From contig JAOADG010000024.1 of assembly GCA_026417415.1 (NCBI GenBank), positions 11,678-75,677 on the forward strand: a stretch of DNA of 64,000 nt. Reading direction: 5' to 3'. The notes beneath the pieces were generated by a model. The model did no database searches and was not told the origin of the DNA. It worked only from the letters and a program-made list of their open reading frames with translations. This document shows positions 9,386-17,793 of this stretch, piece by piece. The stretch comes from a bacterium (GTDB taxonomy: Bacteria; Electryoneota; JAOADG01). Position 1 is the first letter of the stretch; every line of letters begins with the position of its first letter. A program made the translations under genes and the position numbers.

Positions 9386-10276
9386 ATGGTACCTGTCTTA
9401 CTATTCTTACTCTTTCTTGTGATTTTTATCTTTAGTTTTATTGCCTATAAAAAGCGTGTTGGAAGAGCATTTACTTCAGAATCGGGAGGACTATTGTGGA
9501 AGATTTCGCTTGCTTTATCACTGCTCTTTCTTGTTTTATCCAGTACGACCATTGTTCCGGCTGGGCATGTCGGTGTCATTGATTTTGTTGGTCATGTATA
9601 TCCACGTCCATTACCATCAGGGTTGCATCTTGTCAATCCTTTTGCAAAAGTGATTAAAATGAGCATCAAAACCCAAGAAATTAAAGAGGATATGACAGCA
9701 CCGACTTTAGAAGGATTGACTGTCAATTTAGAAGTTTCAACAATTTATCATCTGGATCCAGAAAAAGCCCCTGAAATGTATAGAACAGTCGGATTACAAT
9801 ACGTTAGAATTTTACTTGAGCCCAATATCCGCGCTAGTGTACGTGATATCACCGCAAGTTACAATGCTCAAGCGCTTTACTCACCAGCAAGAGGAAAACT
9901 ATCCAAAGAAATCCAAGAAAGAATTATGAGTACTGTAGGTCCCAGAGGTATCGTTATAGAAGAGGTTCCTTTAAGAAAGTTAGTATTACCTCAACAATTG
10001 CAAGAAGCGATAGCTGCCAAGTTGACTGCAGAGCAACAAAGTCAACAAATGCAGTTTATCTTACAAAAAGAAGAACAAGAAGCTGAACGAAAAAGAATCG
10101 AGGCAAAAGGTATTGCAGATTTTCAACAAACCGTTATGAAAGGGATTGATCGAAACTTTTTAATCTGGAAAGCGATTGATGCATCCAAAGAATTAGCCAG
10201 TTCACCCAATACGAAAATTGTAGTATTTGGTGGTACTGAAAAATCAATGCCTTTAATCATCAATCCGGATAAGTAA
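9386..10276 (+). CDS. Prohibitin/SPFH (band 7) domain membrane protein
   Basis: N-terminal TM helices, VPAGHVGV, GLHLVNP, EAERKRIEAKGIA. Confidence 0.92.
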   Translation: MVPVLLFLLFLVIFIFSFIAYKKRVGRAFTSESGGLLWKISLALSLLFLVLSSTTIVPAGHVGVIDFVGHVYPRPLPSGLHLVNPFAKVIKMSIKTQEIKEDMTAPTLEGLTVNLEVSTIYHLDPEKAPEMYRTVGLQYVRILLEPNIRASVRDITASYNAQALYSPARGKLSKEIQERIMSTVGPRGIVIEEVPLRKLVLPQQLQEAIAAKLTAEQQSQQMQFILQKEEQEAERKRIEAKGIADFQQTVMKGIDRNFLIWKAIDASKELASSPNTKIVVFGGTEKSMPLIINPDK

Positions 10277-11737
10277 ACGAAACTGGCTAGCGAACTGTGG
10301 CTTTACAAACAATTCCACTTTTGAATGTAGTGATATCTTTTCATAAAATTGTTCAAATGCTTCGAATTGTTTTTTTAACATTATTTCATTTTTTGTACTT
10401 GGAAAAAAATCTCCATCCATATCCCAAAGCCAAACATCAATAGATAAAGGTGTATTAGAATCAATGCTATAAGCAAGATTAAAAACATTAGTATTTGCAG
10501 AAAGATGTGGTAACCAATTGTTCGGAGCTGCAACCGTATAATTGGATTTAGTTAAAGATTCTGCAATAACTGAATAACGTTGAAACTTCTCTCTGTTTTT
10601 AGAATACTGTAAAATGCTTGAAAAAGGATGTTGAAAAGGATGAGCTTGCCAGATTTGTCCAATAAAGATTAAGATTAAGAATTGAATTCCGATTCGTTTG
10701 ATTAAATGAAATTGATTTTCTAAAATGCTAAGAAAAATAAATAGTATAATTGGAACAAAAATAGCACTATAATGGAATTGAAATGCTGTTGTTTTTAAGC
10801 AGAAAACGCGAAGTAAAAATGGAACGATAGCGATTAAAAGAAACAAGAACGACTTTTTATTATAAGGAACTAGAAAAAAGGGAATTAATAAAATCAATGA
10901 TTTAAGAAATGTACCGGAGCTAATCGTTACAACAAATTTTTGAAAATACTCGTTTGGTGAATGAAAGAATAAACCAATAAAATTTGTGTAATCTGCAACT
11001 TCGCCTAACCAAAGAGGTCTAGTAAGAAAAATCAAAATCCAAAGAACTCCGAATACTATCAAAAAAATAGCCAACACTCTTTTTTTCGATTGGAATAATA
11101 TCAATGAAAGCGGGAATGCTATAAAAGGAAATTCTTCTTTGCAACTAAATAATAAAAGGATGTTAAGAAAAAAACCTATTCCAAATTTTCCAATGAAGAC
11201 AAAATAGCAAATCCAAGACATAAATCCCATTGCCCAGTGTGTAGGGTGGGATGGAAAATAAATTGCAGACCATAAAAAATCTGAAAAAAGATAAACAATA
11301 GATACACTGAATCTAAGAAATGTCGCTTGTGATGGTGATTTCCCTTGAACGATTTTTTCTGTCGCCAATACAATAGGAATTAAACCTAATACTGTAAAGA
11401 ATTGATCGAGTATGAGCAATAAAACCGCAGAATTCCAAAGTCTAAAAATGAAAGAGATGGGAATAAGCAAAAGATCGAAATGATCTTGAAAAATATGAAG
11501 CATTCGAATAGAAACCAGTGGATTAAGATTTTCTAATTTTGACAATGCGGAAAGTGCTTGATGATAAATTCCTAAATCCCAACCAGATGTCCGAAAAGTT
11601 AAGTGGCGAAAGTAAATTTCAACTGGGACAATAATGGAATAAATAAGAAACACAATCAAATAGGGTTGATACTTTTTAAGTAGAGAAAAAATTAGTTTTT
11701 TATCCAAAGAGTAATTACTCAGCATGATTTTTTTCAA
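10253..11737 (-). CDS. DUF2079-like polytopic membrane protein (possible GT-C glycosyltransferase)
   Basis: Motifs WDLGIYHQ, DHF, HP, KEE and FHYSA across many TM segments. Confidence 0.75.
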   Translation of the reverse strand: MKKIMLSNYSLDKKLIFSLLKKYQPYLIVFLIYSIIVPVEIYFRHLTFRTSGWDLGIYHQALSALSKLENLNPLVSIRMLHIFQDHFDLLLIPISFIFRLWNSAVLLLILDQFFTVLGLIPIVLATEKIVQGKSPSQATFLRFSVSIVYLFSDFLWSAIYFPSHPTHWAMGFMSWICYFVFIGKFGIGFFLNILLLFSCKEEFPFIAFPLSLILFQSKKRVLAIFLIVFGVLWILIFLTRPLWLGEVADYTNFIGLFFHSPNEYFQKFVVTISSGTFLKSLILLIPFFLVPYNKKSFLFLLIAIVPFLLRVFCLKTTAFQFHYSAIFVPIILFIFLSILENQFHLIKRIGIQFLILIFIGQIWQAHPFQHPFSSILQYSKNREKFQRYSVIAESLTKSNYTVAAPNNWLPHLSANTNVFNLAYSIDSNTPLSIDVWLWDMDGDFFPSTKNEIMLKKQFEAFEQFYEKISLHSKVELFVKPQFASQFRLLIRIDD

Positions 11738-13370
11738 AATTCCACTGAATTGTAGGAGTAGATTGACCTTTCATTAGATTGAATTGAAAGGTTTTCATTC
11801 CAAAGGTAGGATGGACAAGTTTTATTTCAATCGGTCCAGGTTGCACTGGTATAGGTTTTGAGAATGGAGTGACACCTACATTTTTTTGGTTGATAAATAC
11901 ATCTGCCCATGGCTCTACTAACCCAATTCTGACTAAACTGACTTCGTCCCATAAATTTATAAAAATACGTGCAGTATCATTCTTAGGAACATTCACCATT
12001 TTACGAATAATAGGAAATTCCGGATGATAGAATTCTAAGGTTTGATTGCCTGAAGGAATTTCAAGAGTGGATGCAATTGGCAACAGAACTTCTTTTCGTG
12101 GATCACCATAACGTAAATAGGCCCATGGTTCGCAATTCACTTTCAGATAACCAATACCAGGTTTTGTAATGTTTGTTATAGATGGAGTTACCGTATCTTT
12201 CTGCAGCATTGGCTTCCAGGTAGTTTGTTCAATTCCTTTTTCAACATCTTTTGTATCCGTGTCTTGAATTGCAAGTGTATCAAGCGTTTGAACATGTTGG
12301 GTGGTTAAGGTGTCAATCTGTCGTAAGCGTGTAATCGTAGTAAACTGATGATGTAAAATAAAACCGACCATAACTAAAAAAATAAGTACCAATACATACG
12401 ATAAAATGGTTCGTGTTCTTCTAATTGGTTTACGTCTGGTCAATTCGATCCGAAATCCAGAAGGGTCAGAAATGTAATGGCTAATGATGGTCGGATCTGT
12501 ACTCCAATGATAAACATCCATGATTTTGTGGATTGATTTAACAATTTCTTCTCCTGTTTGTGGACGTTTACGTGGATCTTTTTCTAACATTTTTAAAATG
12601 AGTTTATCCACTTCAGGGGGAATTGTGCGTACAATACTTGACGGTTTATCGGGTTGTTTACTAAGAACCAAATGAAGCACTTCAGAAAAAGTATTACCTG
12701 TAAAAACACGTGTGTTCGTAACCAATTCATAAAAGGTAGCACCCAATGCAAAAAAATCGGTACGTTTATCCACCTGACCACCAGTGATGGTTTCGGGTGC
12801 CATAAAGGATGGTGTACCAATTACTGTTCCCGGTCTAGTAATAGCAGGTGCTTGTTCATAAATTGCAAGTCCAAAATCAGTGATTTTGATTCGTCCATCT
12901 CGACTGATTAAAACATTCTCAGGTTTGATATCACGGTGGATAATTCCATGGTAATGTGCAGCATCAAGTCCTTTAAGAATTTCTAAAAGAATTACACAAG
13001 CGACTGGTACAGGAATGCTACCACCGCGTTTTAGGAGTTGGTGTAAGTTTTGTCCTTCTACCCATTCCATAACCAAAAAGGGATTCTGACGGTCATCCGA
13101 CATATCAAAAACCTGAACCAGATTTTCGTGCCTGACTCTGGCAAGTGCTTTACCTTCCCTTGTAAAACGGTTGAAGATGTCTGTTTCTTGTGCTAACTGC
13201 GGATGTAACTGTTTGATTAAAACATAGCGGTTAAGGGTGGGTTGCCAAGCTTTATAGACAGTAGTTACAACAGATCGGGACAATACTTGGATTAACTCAT
13301 AGCCACCTAATCGTCCAATAGGTTCAACAGGATTATTAGGATTTTCAGTCGGATTCAATGTGCCATTCAT
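11715..13370 (-). CDS. Membrane Ser/Thr protein kinase (Hanks type) with C-terminal PEGA-like domains
   Basis: Motifs HRDIKPEN, KITDFGLA, GTPSFMAPE and DFFALG; one TM helix; two PWA-containing PEGA-like repeats. Confidence 0.93.
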   Translation of the reverse strand: MNGTLNPTENPNNPVEPIGRLGGYELIQVLSRSVVTTVYKAWQPTLNRYVLIKQLHPQLAQETDIFNRFTREGKALARVRHENLVQVFDMSDDRQNPFLVMEWVEGQNLHQLLKRGGSIPVPVACVILLEILKGLDAAHYHGIIHRDIKPENVLISRDGRIKITDFGLAIYEQAPAITRPGTVIGTPSFMAPETITGGQVDKRTDFFALGATFYELVTNTRVFTGNTFSEVLHLVLSKQPDKPSSIVRTIPPEVDKLILKMLEKDPRKRPQTGEEIVKSIHKIMDVYHWSTDPTIISHYISDPSGFRIELTRRKPIRRTRTILSYVLVLIFLVMVGFILHHQFTTITRLRQIDTLTTQHVQTLDTLAIQDTDTKDVEKGIEQTTWKPMLQKDTVTPSITNITKPGIGYLKVNCEPWAYLRYGDPRKEVLLPIASTLEIPSGNQTLEFYHPEFPIIRKMVNVPKNDTARIFINLWDEVSLVRIGLVEPWADVFINQKNVGVTPFSKPIPVQPGPIEIKLVHPTFGMKTFQFNLMKGQSTPTIQWNFEKNHAE

Positions 13371-14841
13371 TGAGTTTATAGTGCAACCATCTTAAAGATA
13401 CATCCAATAGTTCAGCTGCTTTTTTCTTATTTCCTTCGCAATCTTTCAACACTTTTAACACATGTTGTTTGGTGATATGACGAAGTGTTTGATCAGGATC
13501 TGTTTCAAAGTGAGGTGAAATCAAATCTTCAGGTTCAATTTGCGAAGTACTTGATAATACATAAGCTCGTTCAATGGTATTTTCTAATTCACGAATGTTA
13601 CCCGGCCAGTGATAACTTTGAAGTTGTCGCAATGCTTCAGGTGATATTCGCTTGGGTGTAGGATCACCGTGTCGTTGTGCGTTTTTCTTAAGAAAATGAT
13701 GCACCAAAAGAGGAATATCGGACTTACGTTCACGAAGTGGAGGTAGTGTAATCGTAACAACATTCAGACGATAATATAAATCTTCTCGAAAGCTTCCTTT
13801 TTCAACTTCTTTTTTAAGTGATCGATTGGTTGCAGAAACAATACGAACATCCACTTTACGTTCTAAAGTGTCACCTACGCGCCGAATGACACCATCTTGT
13901 AACACACGAAGCAATTTCGCTTGAATTGTTGGGCTAATATCAGCAATTTCATCTAAGAAGAAAGTACCGCCGTCAGCAATTTCAAGAAGTCCTTTTTTAT
14001 CTTGGTGCGCCCCGGTAAATGATCCACGTTTATGTCCGAACAATTCGGATTCAAGTAAATTTTCAGATAAATTTCCACAATACTGCGCGATAAATGGTTT
14101 ACTTCTACGTGTGGAAGAGTAATGCAAAGCACGTGCAACCAATTCCTTACCAGTACCACTTTCTCCTTCTATTAAAACAGATATATTGCTGTCTTTAATT
14201 TTCTCAAGGAGTTTAAAAATTTCAATCATCTTTGGATGATTGCCAATAATTTCACTAAAAGCATAAGTCCGTTCTACTTCACTTTGTAGGCGAACCTTTT
14301 CAAGTGCCAAGCCCTCAAAATATCTTGCATTTTGAATTGCAATCGCACTGATGTTGGCTAATATCTTCAGAAAATCCAAACTTTCATTGGTAAATTGGGT
14401 CCGATTCTGTTTTGCATCCAGGTAAATTGCACCCTCGACGTGGTCCTTCACTACCAAAGGAACACAAATCACCGAGGTAATTTGTTTAATAATTACGGAT
14501 TGTGCATCACTGAATCTTGGATCCGTTTGGGCATCATGAGTCAATATAGCAACATTATCTGTCATAGCTCTGCGAACGATTGAGCGAGAATAATCCACCA
14601 AATCCTCTTCATCATTATGAATTGAACGTGCTACAGCAACACGAAAATCATCATTTTCTTTAATCACAAGTAAACCACGTTCAGCTTGCACCGGTGCTAA
14701 AGCAACATCCATAATTTTTGGAAGAAGCGTTGCTAAATCGTGGATGCTGTTTAGTAACGAACTAATTTCTACTAGTGATTGAACTTGTTCACTGCTGAAG
14801 GTATTTGAAGGATTACTTTGATTCAAATCTTGAAACACCAT
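13345..14841 (-). CDS. Sigma54-dependent enhancer-binding protein (GAF, AAA+ and Fis HTH domains)
   Basis: GESGTGKE, ESELFGHKRGSFTGA, FLDEI, FREDLYYRLN and WPGNIRELEN; N-terminal GAF (SVICVPL...GAIYLD); C-terminal HTH. Confidence 0.96.
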   Translation of the reverse strand: MVFQDLNQSNPSNTFSSEQVQSLVEISSLLNSIHDLATLLPKIMDVALAPVQAERGLLVIKENDDFRVAVARSIHNDEEDLVDYSRSIVRRAMTDNVAILTHDAQTDPRFSDAQSVIIKQITSVICVPLVVKDHVEGAIYLDAKQNRTQFTNESLDFLKILANISAIAIQNARYFEGLALEKVRLQSEVERTYAFSEIIGNHPKMIEIFKLLEKIKDSNISVLIEGESGTGKELVARALHYSSTRRSKPFIAQYCGNLSENLLESELFGHKRGSFTGAHQDKKGLLEIADGGTFFLDEIADISPTIQAKLLRVLQDGVIRRVGDTLERKVDVRIVSATNRSLKKEVEKGSFREDLYYRLNVVTITLPPLRERKSDIPLLVHHFLKKNAQRHGDPTPKRISPEALRQLQSYHWPGNIRELENTIERAYVLSSTSQIEPEDLISPHFETDPDQTLRHITKQHVLKVLKDCEGNKKKAAELLDVSLRWLHYKLNEWHIESD

Positions 14842-14869
14842 AAAAAAACCTAACCGATAATCACGATTA

Positions 14870-15826
14870 CTATTTTGCTGAATTGATTAACTGAAATGCA
14901 TTACGATTGGAACGAGAAAAGTTTCCAAATGAATCTACTTCATGGACTTCAACAAAATAAAATCCAGGCGAAAGAGTATTGTATAAATTCAAACGATATT
15001 GATTTTGTGGGATGCGGTCCACACGTAAAATTTCAGTTCCATTTGAAAAGTTAAAGATGATCACGCGGAAATGAAAAGAAAAATAATCATTCGAACTTGC
15101 AAACCATTCAACATAAAATTCTGAAACAAGGTCGGTTGCATTATTTAGTGGTGCTAAGATAAATGGTGATCCATGAAAAATTCTTGCGAGTGTTCGAATT
15201 GTTTGGCTAATGCCACCATCATTATCAACAGCAACAAAATTTAATGGATGTCCTACAAGATTATGAAGGGATTGTCCATTGGGCAATGTATCAATACTGT
15301 ACCGATAAGTCGAATCTGGAGAACTTGCTAAATGAATATTGCCGTACGGAGTAACGACGTAAACTGAATCCACATCATACCGTCCATCTAAATCGTAACA
15401 TTTAGCATAAAAATGACAACGTGCATTATAAATTCCACTTGTTCGTAATTCACTAATCACCGACACACTGTCAAAAATTGGAAGACGATTCACTTGAAAT
15501 TGTTGACGAACAATGGAAGATGGGGGAACAATAATGTTGATAGTATCACTTGCAATATCAATACCATAAATACAGATTTGGTATGTATCAGGCACAACTT
15601 CATAAAATTCAACTATTCCTTCTTGATTGCTAACTTGTACAGTTTCGCCTAAACGAACGTGAACTGAACTTTTCGGTTGATTTTGAAAAGTGAGTATCTG
15701 AAGAATGACCGTTGAATGAACTCGATAAAAAAGACTTTTGGGATCAAGTGGGTTAGTGCGTTCAGGATCTTTACAGGATCCAAGGAGAATAAATATCCCG
15801 CATAAAAACAATTTTAGTCGTTGCAT
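14870..15826 (-). CDS. Putative lipoprotein with beta-sandwich domains
   Basis: Lipobox LGSC followed by PERTNPLDP; beta-rich sequence. Confidence 0.7.
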   Translation of the reverse strand: MQRLKLFLCGIFILLGSCKDPERTNPLDPKSLFYRVHSTVILQILTFQNQPKSSVHVRLGETVQVSNQEGIVEFYEVVPDTYQICIYGIDIASDTINIIVPPSSIVRQQFQVNRLPIFDSVSVISELRTSGIYNARCHFYAKCYDLDGRYDVDSVYVVTPYGNIHLASSPDSTYRYSIDTLPNGQSLHNLVGHPLNFVAVDNDGGISQTIRTLARIFHGSPFILAPLNNATDLVSEFYVEWFASSNDYFSFHFRVIIFNFSNGTEILRVDRIPQNQYRLNLYNTLSPGFYFVEVHEVDSFGNFSRSNRNAFQLINSAK

Positions 15827-15867
15827 ACAAAAAAATACACCATTTCAACCAATTCTTCAACTTTAGT

Positions 15868-15894
15868 AAAATGGGCGAACCACAGGGCTCGCCC
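15868..15894 (-). terminator. Intrinsic terminator
   Basis: Minus strand GGGCGAGCC-CTGT-GGTTCGCCC-ATTTT. Confidence 0.7.
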
Positions 15895-15921
15895 TTGTCA
15901 TTCCAATGTAAAACCACACGA

Positions 15922-17340
15922 TCACTTTAAGTAAATTAGAGAGCGTCTAATGACAAAATCTTCGGAAGCTAATTCTACAATATAGATTCCCGATACTTTC
16001 AAATGCGGAGTCCAGCTGGTAGAAACCATTTCATTGAATCGATTATAGGTTGCAGAAAATACTGATTGACCTATGGAATTATAGATAGTTAAATGAACAG
16101 GTTTTGTTGAGACATGAAAACGAAACTGTACACTTGAATTAAAAGGATTAGGATAACAATAAAAATCAAATCGTTCAGGATTGAATACATCTCTCGTTTC
16201 TATTTTCGTAAAAGAGTAATAAAAAGCACCAATATCTGCAACGGTTCCATCTGGATCATATGGCAAAGTTGGATCACCAGCATTGATTACGGGTGAGTTA
16301 ATTGTGGGATAATAGGTTTGCTCATCTAATAGGGGATCGCTATTTATATCATTCGGTCCCGCTGTCCCATTTAAATAATTTTCCGTGAACCCGTAAACAA
16401 CATTGTAATTCCAAAATACAACACCGCTCAGGATTTGTCTTCCTATACCCAATCCACGTCCCCAAAAAATGTTGTTGCGAAGATCTACATTCCTACAAGT
16501 ATAGATCAGTACACCATTAAAAGAACTTCCGTTAATCATTGAGCGGAAAGTATTATGATGGATTTGCACATTGGCTGCTACATCAGAAAGTTCCAATCCA
16601 CTATTTTCTAATTGTGAATACAGTTTCACCAAATTCCGTTTAATTAAACCTACATTCTGATTTTGTAAAATGAACCCTGTTGCTGTAGAGGTCGCGTTAA
16701 TGGTGATGATATTGAATTGTATGTTTGGTGAACCACTGTTAATCTGAAAACCAATGGCGTTTTGTGCAAAACCGGACGACTGCACATCTAAAACATTATT
16801 GTGAAAATAAACATCACTTTCTACACTATACATTCCAATACCATATGATCCACGAATTGTTATATTGCAAGAATTTATTTGAACAACAGAACGAACTAAG
16901 GTCAAACCAGTGCTCAGACCTTCAAACGATGAATTGGTAACCTGTAAAGTGGAAAGTTGAACAACTAATGGTGTGTTGGCATTTCTAACAATTACATAGT
17001 TTAGGAGATTCGATGTGAAATTTGAATTTTGAAATCTTAGGCCATCCCACGTACTTCCGTAATATCCAGAAAACTCAATGGTTTGTTGATACGTACCGTT
17101 CGCAATGAGAATTCCATAAACAGTCAAAGATGCACCAGCAGTAAACCGTACTTGAACACCGGCCTCAATGAAAAGCTGCCGATCAGCGGGTACGTATGAT
17201 TCACCAGTAACAATATAGGGGGATTGTGATAGTGTCCAGTGACCGAAGACAGCACCAGAAACTGCACCACCAAAAGCGAAGTTAACAGTGAAGATGAAAA
17301 GAAATAAATTTGCGACTACTAATTGAATGCGTGAAAGCAT
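15922..17340 (-). CDS. Secreted right-handed beta-helix repeat protein with a PNPFN C-terminal sorting domain
   Basis: Signal peptide, SPYIV...IEAGV, N/I-rich repeats, SPVINAGDP...DIGA, YPNPFN...IYNSIGQ...SGIY. Confidence 0.85.
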   Translation of the reverse strand: MLSRIQLVVANLFLFIFTVNFAFGGAVSGAVFGHWTLSQSPYIVTGESYVPADRQLFIEAGVQVRFTAGASLTVYGILIANGTYQQTIEFSGYYGSTWDGLRFQNSNFTSNLLNYVIVRNANTPLVVQLSTLQVTNSSFEGLSTGLTLVRSVVQINSCNITIRGSYGIGMYSVESDVYFHNNVLDVQSSGFAQNAIGFQINSGSPNIQFNIITINATSTATGFILQNQNVGLIKRNLVKLYSQLENSGLELSDVAANVQIHHNTFRSMINGSSFNGVLIYTCRNVDLRNNIFWGRGLGIGRQILSGVVFWNYNVVYGFTENYLNGTAGPNDINSDPLLDEQTYYPTINSPVINAGDPTLPYDPDGTVADIGAFYYSFTKIETRDVFNPERFDFYCYPNPFNSSVQFRFHVSTKPVHLTIYNSIGQSVFSATYNRFNEMVSTSWTPHLKVSGIYIVELASEDFVIRRSLIYLK

Positions 17341-17605
17341 TCTATACTCCCTTTGAAATTGATAAAATTAGTAGAGTATCTTTGCGAGTCGCACTAAGTT
17401 TTCAATTCTGATATCTATTATACAAGATAAAGTCAATGAAATCAAGAATTAGTCGTTCATTCGTAAAATTTTTGTAATATTGTCCGATAACCAAATTGTA
17501 TTCAAAGTAAATTATTCAAAATCCAATAAATCTTGATTTGAATCGTATTAATTGGAAATCGGTCAATTACGACCTTATATTAAAATGTTCTTTCTTTAGA
17601 AATTT

Positions 17606-17690
17606 CGCGCTCAGGGGTGGTTCCATTGGAACCTGAGATTATACCCTCGGAACCTGATCCGGATAATACCGGCGTAGGAAGAAGGCGTGG
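17606..17690 (+). ncRNA. TPP (thiamine pyrophosphate) riboswitch aptamer
   Basis: Conserved blocks GGGGTG...CTGAGA...ACCC...GAACCTGATCCGGATAATACCGGCGTAGGAA. Confidence 0.95.
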
Positions 17691-17713
17691 ATGCGTACCT
17701 CACACTTTTTCCT

Positions 17714-17740
17714 ATGCCTCGCTTTGCGAGGCATTTTTGT
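17714..17740 (+). terminator. Terminator of the riboswitch expression platform
   Basis: ATGCCTCGC-TTT-GCGAGGCAT-TTTTGT, lying between the aptamer and the receptor start codon. Confidence 0.85.
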
Positions 17741-17793
17741 TTCCGAGACCCTAGAGACAATTTGTTAACATTTGTCAATAGAAAGGGTTATCT

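Noticed and set aside
14842..17793. Sigma54 -24/-12 promoter near the enhancer-binding protein cassette
   Set aside because: No TGGCAC-N5-TTGC match was found by eye in the intergenic regions. A PWM scan would be needed to exclude weak sites.
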